In this document: positions 48,133 through 56,891 of the stretch, in pieces
How the letters are laid out: every line of letters starts with the position of its first letter
How positions within the stretch are numbered: position 1 is the stretch's first letter
From: Chloroflexota bacterium
Lineage (GTDB): Bacteria; Chloroflexota; Dehalococcoidia; SHYB01
Reading direction: 5' to 3'
Assembly: GCA_016875535.1 (NCBI GenBank)
Contig: VGPF01000007.1
Coordinates: forward strand, 7,998-71,997
DNA length: 64,000 nucleotides
Translations under genes and position numbers: made by a program
The notes under the pieces: model-generated
The model's database searches: none
What the model was told of the DNA's origin: nothing
Seen by the model: only the letters and a program-made list of their open reading frames with translations

Positions 48133-48603
48133 CTATCTCAGTTGGAAGTTGCTGAAGAGCGCCATCAGCGTCAGCAGGATGCCCGCGCCGATAAAGAACG
48201 GACCGACAAAAAGAAGTGTGTAGAGCTTCTTATCGCCCTTCAGGTGCATGAAGAACATCACCACCAGGCAGAACTTCGCAGTCGAAAGGATGATCAGCGC
48301 GGCAAGCTTCACAACCTGGTTGTCCAGGCTCGTGAAGACCAGCTCGATCAGTGTGATGACCGCCAGTGCCGCAAAGACGCCGAGATAGAACATCTGGGAA
48401 TGGTGGGATCCGCCGTGGGCCTCGGCATGTCCGGCCGCCTCGCCATGGGCGGCCGCAGGCGCAGCATGGGCGCCCGCCGGAGCCGCCGCTGGGCGCGGCA
48501 TCAGCTCCTCGCGGAAGCGGAAGGCGCAGTTGTTGCAGAACTTCGCCTCGTAGGAGTTCTTGTGGCCGCACTGAGGGCAGATTTTCATCGTTTGTGTGCT
48601 CAT
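48133..48603 (-). CDS. ctaF: Cytochrome c oxidase subunit IV with N-terminal zinc ribbon
   Basis: CPQCG...FCNNC, His/Ala linker, then YLGVFAALAVIT...KFCLVVMFFMHLKGD. Confidence 0.85.
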   Translation of the reverse strand: MSTQTMKICPQCGHKNSYEAKFCNNCAFRFREELMPRPAAAPAGAHAAPAAAHGEAAGHAEAHGGSHHSQMFYLGVFAALAVITLIELVFTSLDNQVVKLAALIILSTAKFCLVVMFFMHLKGDKKLYTLLFVGPFFIGAGILLTLMALFSNFQLR

Positions 48604-49433
48604 GCGAAGAGATACACCACGGTGAAGATGACGACCCAGACGATATCAACAAAGTGCCAGTAGAGGCCCACCAGCTCCACGTTCAGCACCTTCTCCTCGG
48701 CCAGGTGATGCGCCTCGAACTGCTTCACGGAGACATCCGGAGGCAGCACGGGCGGCGGCGGGGCCTGCGTCTGCTCACGCACGAAGGCGATGAAGCGGCG
48801 ATGCCTGGGCCGCGCCTCGATGGCCGTCCCCGGCTCGCGCTTGGGCACGCCGGAAAGGAAGCCCAGGAACTTGGGTAGCATCGTCGCCATGATCGGCCGG
48901 TGGTCCGTCTTTGGGTGCAGGCGCACCAGCGCCGCCACGGAGACGAGCCACAGGATGCCCAGCGTCACGTGCGCCCCGTGGAAGCCCGTGAGGACCATAA
49001 AGGACGCCCCGAAGAGGCTGGCATGAGGCGTCAGGCCTTCCTGTGTGAAGTGCCAGAACTCGTAGCCCTGGGCGCCGATGAAGAAGAGGCCGAAAAAGGC
49101 CGTCACAAGCAGCCACACCCGCATCATCTTCTCGTCGCCCCTGCGCGCAGCCGCCAGCGCCAGCACCATCGTGAAGCTGCTGGCGAGCAGCACAAAGGCC
49201 ATGATGCTCACCAGCGTCAGGCTCTCGAAGGCGTGCTCGCGGTCTGGGCCCGATGCCACATTATTGTGATAGATGAGGAACGTCGCGATCAGCGAGCCGA
49301 AGAACATGCACTCGGTGCCCAGGAAGGTCCACATGAGCACCTTACGGTGGCTCTGCCCCGTGCTCGTCCTATGGTGCTCTTTCAGGTCTTCGAGCGCTTG
49401 GTTGACTGGTTGCGCCTGCTGAACCATGACCAC
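48600..49433 (-). CDS. ctaE: Cytochrome c oxidase subunit III
   Basis: WTFLGTECMFF, LLASSFTM, LTGFHGAHV, GLYWHFVDIVW. Confidence 0.93.
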   Translation of the reverse strand: MVMVQQAQPVNQALEDLKEHHRTSTGQSHRKVLMWTFLGTECMFFGSLIATFLIYHNNVASGPDREHAFESLTLVSIMAFVLLASSFTMVLALAAARRGDEKMMRVWLLVTAFFGLFFIGAQGYEFWHFTQEGLTPHASLFGASFMVLTGFHGAHVTLGILWLVSVAALVRLHPKTDHRPIMATMLPKFLGFLSGVPKREPGTAIEARPRHRRFIAFVREQTQAPPPPVLPPDVSVKQFEAHHLAEEKVLNVELVGLYWHFVDIVWVVIFTVVYLFA

Positions 49434-49438
49434 TGCTC

Positions 49439-51313
49439 CTAATGATGCCCTTCGGACTGCTCGGCGATCGGCGGCTCAAGGACCCACGCATACGTTGCGA
49501 TCACAGCGATCGAGAGGCCGATGGGCAGCACCGGCAGGATCGTCGCGTGATAGAGGCCGCCGAAGGCCGCGATGGTCATGCCGGCCGCAAGCACGATGGG
49601 CCAGTACGAAGGGCTCGGCAGCGCGATATGCTTGTTCTTCGGCGCTGGGGCCTGCGGCGGGGGCGGCCCGTGCTCGGCAAGCTCGGGGTGCTTCTGGTCC
49701 CAGAATGGCCGCGTGCTGCGCACCTCGGGGATCTGCTCGTAATTATAGTGCGGCGGCGGCGATGAGACGGACCACTCCAAGGTGTGCCCATCCCAAGGGT
49801 CGTTCCCGGCCTTCTTGCCGCTCTTCAGCGATTTGATGATGTTGTACGCCAGGAAAAAGAAGGAGACGCCCATAATCATGGCGCCCACCGTGGACATCAT
49901 GTTGAGCCAGCCCAACCCCAGGTCGGAGTCGTACGTATAGATGCGGCGAGGCATGCCGTTCATTCCGCTGAAGTGCATGGGGAAGAAGGCCAGGTTCGAT
50001 CCGATGAACATGACCCAGAAATGCCACTTGCCCAACGTTTCGCTCAACATCCGCCCCGTCACCTTGGGGAACCAGAAGTAGATGCCGCCCATGATGCCGA
50101 AGATCGCGCCGCCGAAGAGCACGTAATGGAAGTGCGCCACGATGAAATAGGTGTCCGTCTGCTGCAGGTCCGTCGGCGGCGAGGCGTGCATGATGCCGCT
50201 GATGCCGCCGATGGTGAAGAGCGCCACAAAGGCCAGCGCGAACAGCATCGGCGTCTCGAAGGTCAGCTTGCTCTTATGAAGCGTTGCGATCCAGTTGAAG
50301 ATCTTCACGCCCGTCGGCACGCCCACCAGCATCGTCGCCGTGGCGAAGTACGTGTTCGCGATGGGCCCAAGGCCCACGGCGAACATGTGGTGGCTCCACA
50401 CCGCGAAGCCCGTCACGCCGATGAAGATGCCCGCCAGCACCACGAACTTATAACCGAAGATCGGCTTCCGCGCGAAGACCGGCAGGATCTCGGAGACCAT
50501 GCCCATCGGCGGGAGGATCAAGACATAGACTTCCGGATGGCCGAAGATCCAGAACAGGTGCTGCCACAGGACCGGGTCGCCGCCCGCGCTGGGGATGAAG
50601 AAGTGCGTTCCGGTGAACCGGTCGAACATGAGGAGCACCAGGCCCACGGTGATGACCGGTAGCGAAAGGACCAGCAGGAAGGCCACCACGAAGGTCATCC
50701 AGACAAAGATGGGCAGGCGCATGAAGGACATGCCCTTCGCCCGCAGGTTGATGATCGTCACGATGAAGTTCAGCGATGAGAGCATGGAGGAGACGCCCAG
50801 GATCTGGATCGAGAGGATCCAGTAGTCAATCCCCGTCTCAGCGGAGAAGGGCTTCTCCGTCAGGTTCGCGTAGGAGAACCATCCGGCGTCAGGCGGGCCG
50901 GAGGCGATGAAGCTCACATGCAGGAAGAGCCCGCCGAAGAGGAACATCCAGTAGCTCAGGGCGTTCAATCTCGGGAAGGCCACGTCCCGCGCCCCGATCT
51001 GCAGCGGCATCACGAAATTGAAGAAGGCGGCGTTCAGCGGCATGATGACCAAGAAGACCATCGTCGTGCCGTGCATCGTGAAGAGCTGGTTGAACGTCTC
51101 CGGCGAGGTGATGTTCTGCTCGGGCGCCGCCAGCTGGACGCGCATCATCAGCGCTTCCATGCCGCCCGCGATCAGGAAAATCAGCGCCGTGACGCCGTAC
51201 AGCACGCCGATGCGCTTGGCGTCCACTGTCGTGATCCAGCCCCACACGCCTTCCGTGCTGGTGGGGCGGCGCAGGACGGCCAGGCCCTTCATGCCGCCGG
51301 TTATTGTGGCCAT
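49439..51313 (-). CDS. ctaD: Cytochrome c oxidase subunit I (A1 type)
   Basis: GHPEVY, VWSHHM, PTGVK, VAHFHY. Confidence 0.97.
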   Translation of the reverse strand: MATITGGMKGLAVLRRPTSTEGVWGWITTVDAKRIGVLYGVTALIFLIAGGMEALMMRVQLAAPEQNITSPETFNQLFTMHGTTMVFLVIMPLNAAFFNFVMPLQIGARDVAFPRLNALSYWMFLFGGLFLHVSFIASGPPDAGWFSYANLTEKPFSAETGIDYWILSIQILGVSSMLSSLNFIVTIINLRAKGMSFMRLPIFVWMTFVVAFLLVLSLPVITVGLVLLMFDRFTGTHFFIPSAGGDPVLWQHLFWIFGHPEVYVLILPPMGMVSEILPVFARKPIFGYKFVVLAGIFIGVTGFAVWSHHMFAVGLGPIANTYFATATMLVGVPTGVKIFNWIATLHKSKLTFETPMLFALAFVALFTIGGISGIMHASPPTDLQQTDTYFIVAHFHYVLFGGAIFGIMGGIYFWFPKVTGRMLSETLGKWHFWVMFIGSNLAFFPMHFSGMNGMPRRIYTYDSDLGLGWLNMMSTVGAMIMGVSFFFLAYNIIKSLKSGKKAGNDPWDGHTLEWSVSSPPPHYNYEQIPEVRSTRPFWDQKHPELAEHGPPPPQAPAPKNKHIALPSPSYWPIVLAAGMTIAAFGGLYHATILPVLPIGLSIAVIATYAWVLEPPIAEQSEGHH

Positions 51314-51371
51314 CGCTTGCCTCCGCAGGCTGCCGACATATGGTCAAGCCGTTGCATGATAGGTCGCTTCC

Positions 51372-52484
51372 TTACTTCGCTGCAGCCTTGCGGCTCATCA
51401 GATAGGCCACAAGGGCGTCTACATCTTCGGTCGTGAGCGCGCTGTTAGAGTCCGTGTAGGCCTGCGCCAGCTCAGTCATCCGGTTACCCGGCTTGATATT
51501 CGCCGGGTCCTCAAGCCACTTGCGCAGGTTCTGCTCGTTCAGCTCAACCAGGCCCGCGCCCAGGGTGATTCTATCGCCGAAAGTCGTCAGGTTCGGCGCG
51601 GGGAATGAGGCGCGCCCCTGCTCAAAGCCTTGCGCGCGGCCTTCCTGCACGCCCGGGGCGTCGGGGCCGTTAATCGTGTGGCACGCCACGCAGCCCTTCA
51701 CCGCAAAGGTCGTCGCTCCCTTGGCTGCAAGGCTGTTTGCCGCAGGCGGCGCAGGAGGACTCTGCTGAGCCTTCACCCACGCGTCAAAATCGGCTTGCGT
51801 ATGCGTGTTCACCCGGAAGCGCATCTGGGCGTGGGCAAGGCCGCAGAGTTCGGCGCACTGGCCGTAGTAGCTCTGGCCCGGGTTATCAGCCACCAGCCAC
51901 ATCACATTGATATGGCCGGGGATCACGTCCGTCTTGCCCGCCAGCTTAGGTATCCAGAAGCTGTGGATCACGTCCTGGGACTCCAGCGCCACCAGGATCG
52001 TCTTGTCCACGGGTATGTGCATCTCGTTTGCGGTGATGACGCCTAGGTCCGGGTAGCGGAACTCCCACCACCACTGATGGCCGATGACCTCGACCTTCAG
52101 CGCATCACCCTCCGGCGGGTCCTTGTGGTCCGCGATGGTGCGGTACGTCGGGATGGCGATGGCCGCCAGGATAAGCACCGGAAGGAGCGTCCAGGCAATC
52201 TCCAGCCGGTTGTTCCCGTGGATCTGCGGCGGGATGCTCGTATCGTTCGCCTTGCGGCGGTACTTGAAGATAAAGTAGACCAGGACGCCTTCAACCACGA
52301 CGAAGACGATAACGGCGATCCAGAAGATGAACTTGAAGAGTCCCTCCTGGTCCCGGGCGATCTTGCCCTCGGCGCCGAAGGTGGACTGGGGTTCATCGGG
52401 AAGACAGGCGGTGATGAGAAGGAGCATAACCGCCGTAAGGAGGATGATCGCGAGGCGGCGGGCGAGCGACTTGTTGAAGGACAT
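51372..52484 (-). CDS. ctaC: Cytochrome c oxidase subunit II with fused cytochrome c (caa3)
   Basis: Lipobox ITAC, HQWWWEF, DVIHSFW, CAELCGLAHAQM (CuA), CVACH. Confidence 0.96.
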   Translation of the reverse strand: MSFNKSLARRLAIILLTAVMLLLITACLPDEPQSTFGAEGKIARDQEGLFKFIFWIAVIVFVVVEGVLVYFIFKYRRKANDTSIPPQIHGNNRLEIAWTLLPVLILAAIAIPTYRTIADHKDPPEGDALKVEVIGHQWWWEFRYPDLGVITANEMHIPVDKTILVALESQDVIHSFWIPKLAGKTDVIPGHINVMWLVADNPGQSYYGQCAELCGLAHAQMRFRVNTHTQADFDAWVKAQQSPPAPPAANSLAAKGATTFAVKGCVACHTINGPDAPGVQEGRAQGFEQGRASFPAPNLTTFGDRITLGAGLVELNEQNLRKWLEDPANIKPGNRMTELAQAYTDSNSALTTEDVDALVAYLMSRKAAAK

Positions 52485-52564
52485 CTCTGTTCGAGTCTCG
52501 GTTCGCGCTTGGGCGTCCCCTAGGCGCGTCCCCCTTCAAAGTGGACCTCGTTTGAGGCGTTGGA

Positions 52565-52617
52565 ATCCTATCAAAGGCGCATCTGGGTTGTCAAGCATTT
52601 GTTCCGAACATCACAAA
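52565..52617 (-). promoter_or_regulatory. ctaC promoter with upstream Rex/CRP-like box
   Basis: Minus strand TTGACA-18 nt-TAGGAT (extended TG); TTTGTGATGTTCGGAACAAA at 52598-52617. Confidence 0.55.
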
Positions 52618-52700
52618 CTTTTTCCGCGGCAATAAGCCTCGCTCTCCCAGATATGTCCGCCCAAAGACGCTCACAACGCCCTGCCGACTCACCACGACCC

Positions 52701-52718
52701 TTGTGATATAATTCGCAA
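52701..52718 (+). promoter_or_regulatory. Rex-like operator enclosing the ctaB -10 box
   Basis: TTGTGA-TATAAT-TCGCAA. Confidence 0.65.
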
Positions 52719-52748
52719 GACTTTGCGCCCCGCCATTCAGCCTGTTCA

Positions 52749-53672
52749 GTGACTCCCTCGCAGGTAGGCACAGTGGCTCACTCCACCTCCGCTATCGAGG
52801 CCCCCCATACCCTCCGGGCAACCATCGGCGATTACATCGCCCTGATGAAGCCCAAGATTATCCTCTTGCTCCTCGTCACCGCCCTCGGCGCGATGTTCCT
52901 CGCCGCGGAGGGCGCTCCCGCAGGCGGCACCGTCGCCCTCGTCCTCATCGGCGGCAGCCTCGCCTCCGGCGGCGCTAACGCCCTCAACCACTACCTGGAC
53001 CGGGACATTGACCAGATGATGGGGCGCACCCGCAAACGCCCTCTGCCGGGCCGCCGCGTCGAGCCGCTCCACGCCTTCATCTTCGGCGTCACCCTCAACG
53101 TCATCGCCTTTGTCATGCTGGCCGGCGGCGTCAACCTCCTGAGCGCCTGGCTCACCCTGAGCGCCACCCTCTTCTACGTCTTTATCTACACCCGCTGGCT
53201 CAAGCGCTCCACCACCCAGAACATCGTCATCGGCGGCGCCGCAGGCGCCATCCCTCCCCTCGTCGGCTGGGCCGCCGTCACCGGCAGCCTCTCCCTGGAG
53301 GCCTGGTATCTGTTCGCCATCGTCTTCTTCTGGACGCCGCCGCACTTCTGGGCCCTGGCCCTCATGATCAAGGACGATTACGAGCGCGCAGGCGTCCCCA
53401 TGCTCCCCGTGGTGCGCGGCGTCAGCGAGACGGCCTGGAGCATCTTCCTCCACGCCGTCACCCTGGTCACCATCACCATCCTCTTCGTCATGATGGACAC
53501 CGTCGGCGCGGTCTATGGCGGCGCGGCCATCGCCCTGGGCGGCGTCTTCCTTGCCATGAGCCTCCACCTCCTCCGCAGCCTCTCTCTCGCCCACGCCAAG
53601 CGCCTCTACCTCTTCTCCCTTCTCTATCTCGCCCTGCTCTTTCTCTTCGTCGGTCTTGAGGGAAGCGTCTAA
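52749..53672 (+). CDS. ctaB: Heme O synthase (protoheme IX farnesyltransferase)
   Basis: MKPKI, NHYLDRDID.MMGRT.KRPL, FFWTPPHFWALA. Confidence 0.95.
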   Translation: MTPSQVGTVAHSTSAIEAPHTLRATIGDYIALMKPKIILLLLVTALGAMFLAAEGAPAGGTVALVLIGGSLASGGANALNHYLDRDIDQMMGRTRKRPLPGRRVEPLHAFIFGVTLNVIAFVMLAGGVNLLSAWLTLSATLFYVFIYTRWLKRSTTQNIVIGGAAGAIPPLVGWAAVTGSLSLEAWYLFAIVFFWTPPHFWALALMIKDDYERAGVPMLPVVRGVSETAWSIFLHAVTLVTITILFVMMDTVGAVYGGAAIALGGVFLAMSLHLLRSLSLAHAKRLYLFSLLYLALLFLFVGLEGSV

Positions 53673-53675
53673 CGA

Positions 53676-54635
53676 TTGCAGCATCGGCCTTCGCCAGGGC
53701 CGGGAGAGCGAGCCTTCACGATGGTCTCCGGGTTCACACGCTGGTTCACGCGCCTCAGCGATCGCATCAGCCCTCGCGCCCTTGGCCGCTTCGTCCTCCT
53801 CTCCGCCGTCTTCACCGGGGGCCTCATCGTCTACGGCGCATGGGTCCGCGTCTCCGCCTCCGGCCTCGGCTGTCCCGATTGGCCCCTCTGCGATGGCGCT
53901 GACCTCCCCGGCAACAAGTTCGCCGCCATCGAATCGGGCCACCGGCTCCTGGCCGGCATCACCGCTGCCATGGTCTGCGCCGGCGGCGTCTTTGCCTGGA
54001 TGAAGCGCAGGCTTATCCCCGGCCCCGCTAGACTCTTGGTCGCCGCGGCGCTCCTCATCTTGGGCCAGGCCATCCTGGGCGGTATCGTCGTCCTCACGGA
54101 CCTCCACGGCTTCACACGCCTCGCGCACCTGGGGCTGGGCATGACCATCCTCGCCCTCCTCTTCATCGGCGGCTACGCCCTCGTGCAGCAGCCCGCGCGA
54201 GCGCGTATCGGCCCCCTTGGCCGGGGACACCTGGTCTTGCTGGGAGCGGGCGTCATCATGTTCGGCGGCACCATGGTCGCCACCTCCACCGGCGCGCTCT
54301 GCCATAACCTGCCCTACTGCGCCTCAGAATCTCCCAGCATGGCCGCCTTCCTCCACGGCGCTCATCGCACCTTGGCGATCATCTTTGCCGTCGGCGTCGT
54401 TGCCCAGGGGATCATCCTTCGCAAGCGCGGCGCGGATCAGGGAACGTGGCTTGCCTATTGCGCCCTCTTCGCCTTCACAGCAGCCCAGCTCGGCGCAGGC
54501 GTGGCGACGGTGGTGAAAGACCTGCCCGATGAGCTTCGCGTCCTCCACGTCGCTCTCGCCACCCTCATCTGGGCAAGCATCGTCAGTCTCTGGTCCCTGT
54601 TCTCCTTCGCCGCTTCGCCCAAAAGGGCCGCCTAG
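53676..54635 (+). CDS. ctaA: Heme A synthase
   Basis: GLGCPDWPLC, ESGHR, LAHL, LHGAHR, LHV. Confidence 0.85.
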   Translation: MQHRPSPGPGERAFTMVSGFTRWFTRLSDRISPRALGRFVLLSAVFTGGLIVYGAWVRVSASGLGCPDWPLCDGADLPGNKFAAIESGHRLLAGITAAMVCAGGVFAWMKRRLIPGPARLLVAAALLILGQAILGGIVVLTDLHGFTRLAHLGLGMTILALLFIGGYALVQQPARARIGPLGRGHLVLLGAGVIMFGGTMVATSTGALCHNLPYCASESPSMAAFLHGAHRTLAIIFAVGVVAQGIILRKRGADQGTWLAYCALFAFTAAQLGAGVATVVKDLPDELRVLHVALATLIWASIVSLWSLFSFAASPKRAA

Positions 54636-55792
54636 GCGGACGTCCCCATCGCCAGGGCGATCTCTTCCCGCACCCAGGCCTCACCCTCTCGCGCCGCCGC
54701 CTCCTTCAGCGCCCTCCGGGACTCCCTTCCGCCGATGCGCCCCAGCGCCCATGCGGCGTGTCCGCGCACCAGCGCCTCGCGATGGCTCAGTGCCTGGACA
54801 AGCGCCGGGACCGCCCTGGCATCGCGCAGATTCCCAAGGGCGATGCATACGTTGCGCTGCAGGCCGCTCAACTTCGCCCGGCGGACCGCGCTTCCCCTGA
54901 ATCGCCGCTCGAAATCGGCCTCGGTCAGAGAGAGCATCTCGATCAAGTCCGGCCACGCCGAATCAGCATCCTTCGGCGCGAATTCGCTATCGCCCTCACC
55001 GCGGGAACGACTGTTCACCGGGCAGACATCCTGGCAGATGTCACAGCCAAAGACCCAATCGCCCATGAGCGGACGCATTCCCCGGGGGATCACGCCCCGA
55101 TTCTCGATCGTGTGATAGGAGATGCACCGGCGGTTGTCCACAACATACGGAGCTATGATGGCGTTGGTGGGGCAGGCCGGGATACAGGCGATGCACTTGC
55201 CGCAGTTCTTCTTCAGCGGCCTGTCCGGCGTCAGCGGAAGGTCCGTGATCACCTCTGCAAGGAAGACCCACGAGCCAAGGCCGCTCGTCAGGAGGTTCGT
55301 ATTCTTTCCGAACCATCCAAGCCCGGCCCGCTGGGCCACGGCGCGGTCGGGCATCGGCCCATAGTCAACGTAGAACCTGCTCTCCATCGCGCCAAGCTCG
55401 GCCAGCTGCTTCGTGAAGGCCTTGACGCGCCTCTCGATGACTTTGTGGTAGTCGCGCCCCCACGCATAGCGCGCGATCCGTCCGCGCAAAAGCCCGTCCG
55501 CAGGATGGCCCGGCGGAGCGACCGCGTAGCTGAGGCCCAATGAGATGATGGAACGCGCCCCAGGCAGCAGCTCCTTCGGCCTGCATCCGCGCCGAGCCCG
55601 CGCCTCGTTGTACCACGGCAGGCCGTCCAACAGTCCGGCCCGGACGCGCTCGGCGATGACCTCCTCCGTCTCGGGAAAGTCCTCGGCGGACGTCACGCCG
55701 ACGAGATGGAAGCCCGCCGCCTTGGAAAGCCCCTTCACCTGGCGTGTCAGGCTCGCCACACGTGGGGAAACGGTAGCCGGGGAATCGCTCAT
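54632..55792 (-). CDS. queG: Epoxyqueuosine reductase
   Basis: IARYAWGRDYH, DRAVAQRAGLGWFGKN, CGKCIACIPACP, GCDICQDVCP; start re-called at ATG 55792. Confidence 0.93.
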   Translation of the reverse strand: MSDSPATVSPRVASLTRQVKGLSKAAGFHLVGVTSAEDFPETEEVIAERVRAGLLDGLPWYNEARARRGCRPKELLPGARSIISLGLSYAVAPPGHPADGLLRGRIARYAWGRDYHKVIERRVKAFTKQLAELGAMESRFYVDYGPMPDRAVAQRAGLGWFGKNTNLLTSGLGSWVFLAEVITDLPLTPDRPLKKNCGKCIACIPACPTNAIIAPYVVDNRRCISYHTIENRGVIPRGMRPLMGDWVFGCDICQDVCPVNSRSRGEGDSEFAPKDADSAWPDLIEMLSLTEADFERRFRGSAVRRAKLSGLQRNVCIALGNLRDARAVPALVQALSHREALVRGHAAWALGRIGGRESRRALKEAAAREGEAWVREEIALAMGTSA

Positions 55793-55831
55793 GTCATGAC
55801 TCCGCCTCAGCAATTCACGCTGACGCCAGTA

Positions 55832-55908
55832 CCCCTCTCCCTCGATGGGAGAGAGCCTGCGCTGAGTCTGCCGAAGCGAACTCAAGCGTAGCCCGAGAGG
55901 AGAGGGTG
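55832..55908. repeat. REP-like intergenic element, copy 2
   Basis: CCCCTCTCCCTCGATGGGAGAG + GCCTGCGCTGAGTCTGCCGAAGC + GAGAGGAGAGGGTG. Confidence 0.6.
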
Positions 55909-55981
55909 ATCTTCTCAGTGGCCCTAGTCTATGAGGGGAGACCCGAGGAAGGAACCCATCCCTGACCATCCCACCTTTACG

Positions 55982-56779
55982 CTACCCGGTCAGCTCTTCG
56001 CCGCCGTCCACGCCGATCACGTTGCCCGTGATCCAATAGGCTCGGTCGTCGCTCAAGGCCGCGATCGCCTTCGCCACATCCTCCGGCGTCGTCAGGCGCT
56101 TGCTCGGGTTCTTCCGCTTCGCCCCGTCAATGAGCAGGTCGTTCCCGGGGATCTTTCGCAGGGCGGGCGTGTCCGTGACGCCTGCGCGGATCGCATTGGC
56201 GCTGATCCCGCGCGAGGCCAGCTCATAGGCCAGCTGGCGGATGTGCGCCTCCAGCGCCGCCTTCGCGGCGGAGACCGGCCCGTAGGAGGGCCAGGCGTGG
56301 AAATCGCCCGCGCTCGTCATCGCGAAGATCTTGCTGCCGCGTTGGAGCAAGCCCTGCTGGTCAAGGTCCTGCGACCAGTAGACCAGGCTGTTCGCCATCA
56401 CATCCAGCGTCATCTCCATCTGCTTCTGGTTCACCAGCTCATCCGCCTTCGCCCCCGTAAAGGGCCGCAGCGTGCCGAAAGCCAGCGAATGCATCAGCAC
56501 ATTCACGAACTCGCCGGGGCGCAGCCTCGCCCTCATCTCCTGGGCCGTCGCCTTGCGCTTCTCCGGGTCGGCCGCGTTCATATTGAAGAAGATCGCCTCT
56601 TTGCCATGGGCGCGCACATCCGCCTGCACCTTCTCCGCCATCGGCATCGTGCTGCTGCGGTCCAGGTGCACCCCAACGATATGGTGGCCCGCTTTCGCCA
56701 GCTCAACCGCCGTCGCGCCCCCGAATCCGCTCGAAGCCCCCAGGATCAAGGCCCATCGCCGGGCCGGTTCATTGCTCAT
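55982..56779 (-). CDS. FabL-like enoyl-ACP reductase (SDR)
   Basis: GASSGFG, Y-x6-K (YGPVSAAK), ANAIRAG, WITGNVIGVDGG. Confidence 0.75.
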   Translation of the reverse strand: MSNEPARRWALILGASSGFGGATAVELAKAGHHIVGVHLDRSSTMPMAEKVQADVRAHGKEAIFFNMNAADPEKRKATAQEMRARLRPGEFVNVLMHSLAFGTLRPFTGAKADELVNQKQMEMTLDVMANSLVYWSQDLDQQGLLQRGSKIFAMTSAGDFHAWPSYGPVSAAKAALEAHIRQLAYELASRGISANAIRAGVTDTPALRKIPGNDLLIDGAKRKNPSKRLTTPEDVAKAIAALSDDRAYWITGNVIGVDGGEELTG

Positions 56780-56831
56780 GCGCTGCTCCTCGTTAAGCTC
56801 TGTGGTAATTGTAGCGGAAACATGCGGCGGC

Positions 56832-56870
56832 AAAAAAAGAGGCCCGCGCTCCGCAAGGAGGGGGCCTCTT
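56832..56870 (-). terminator. Intrinsic terminator after aldehyde dehydrogenase
   Basis: Minus strand AAGAGGCCC...GGGCCTCTTTTTTT. Confidence 0.7.
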
Positions 56871-56891
56871 CGTGCATCTTTTTTTGATGGC

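Noticed and set aside
55793-55969. N-terminal extension of QueG in the ORF track
   Set aside because: Frame runs through the REP-like element; ATG 55792 fits better.
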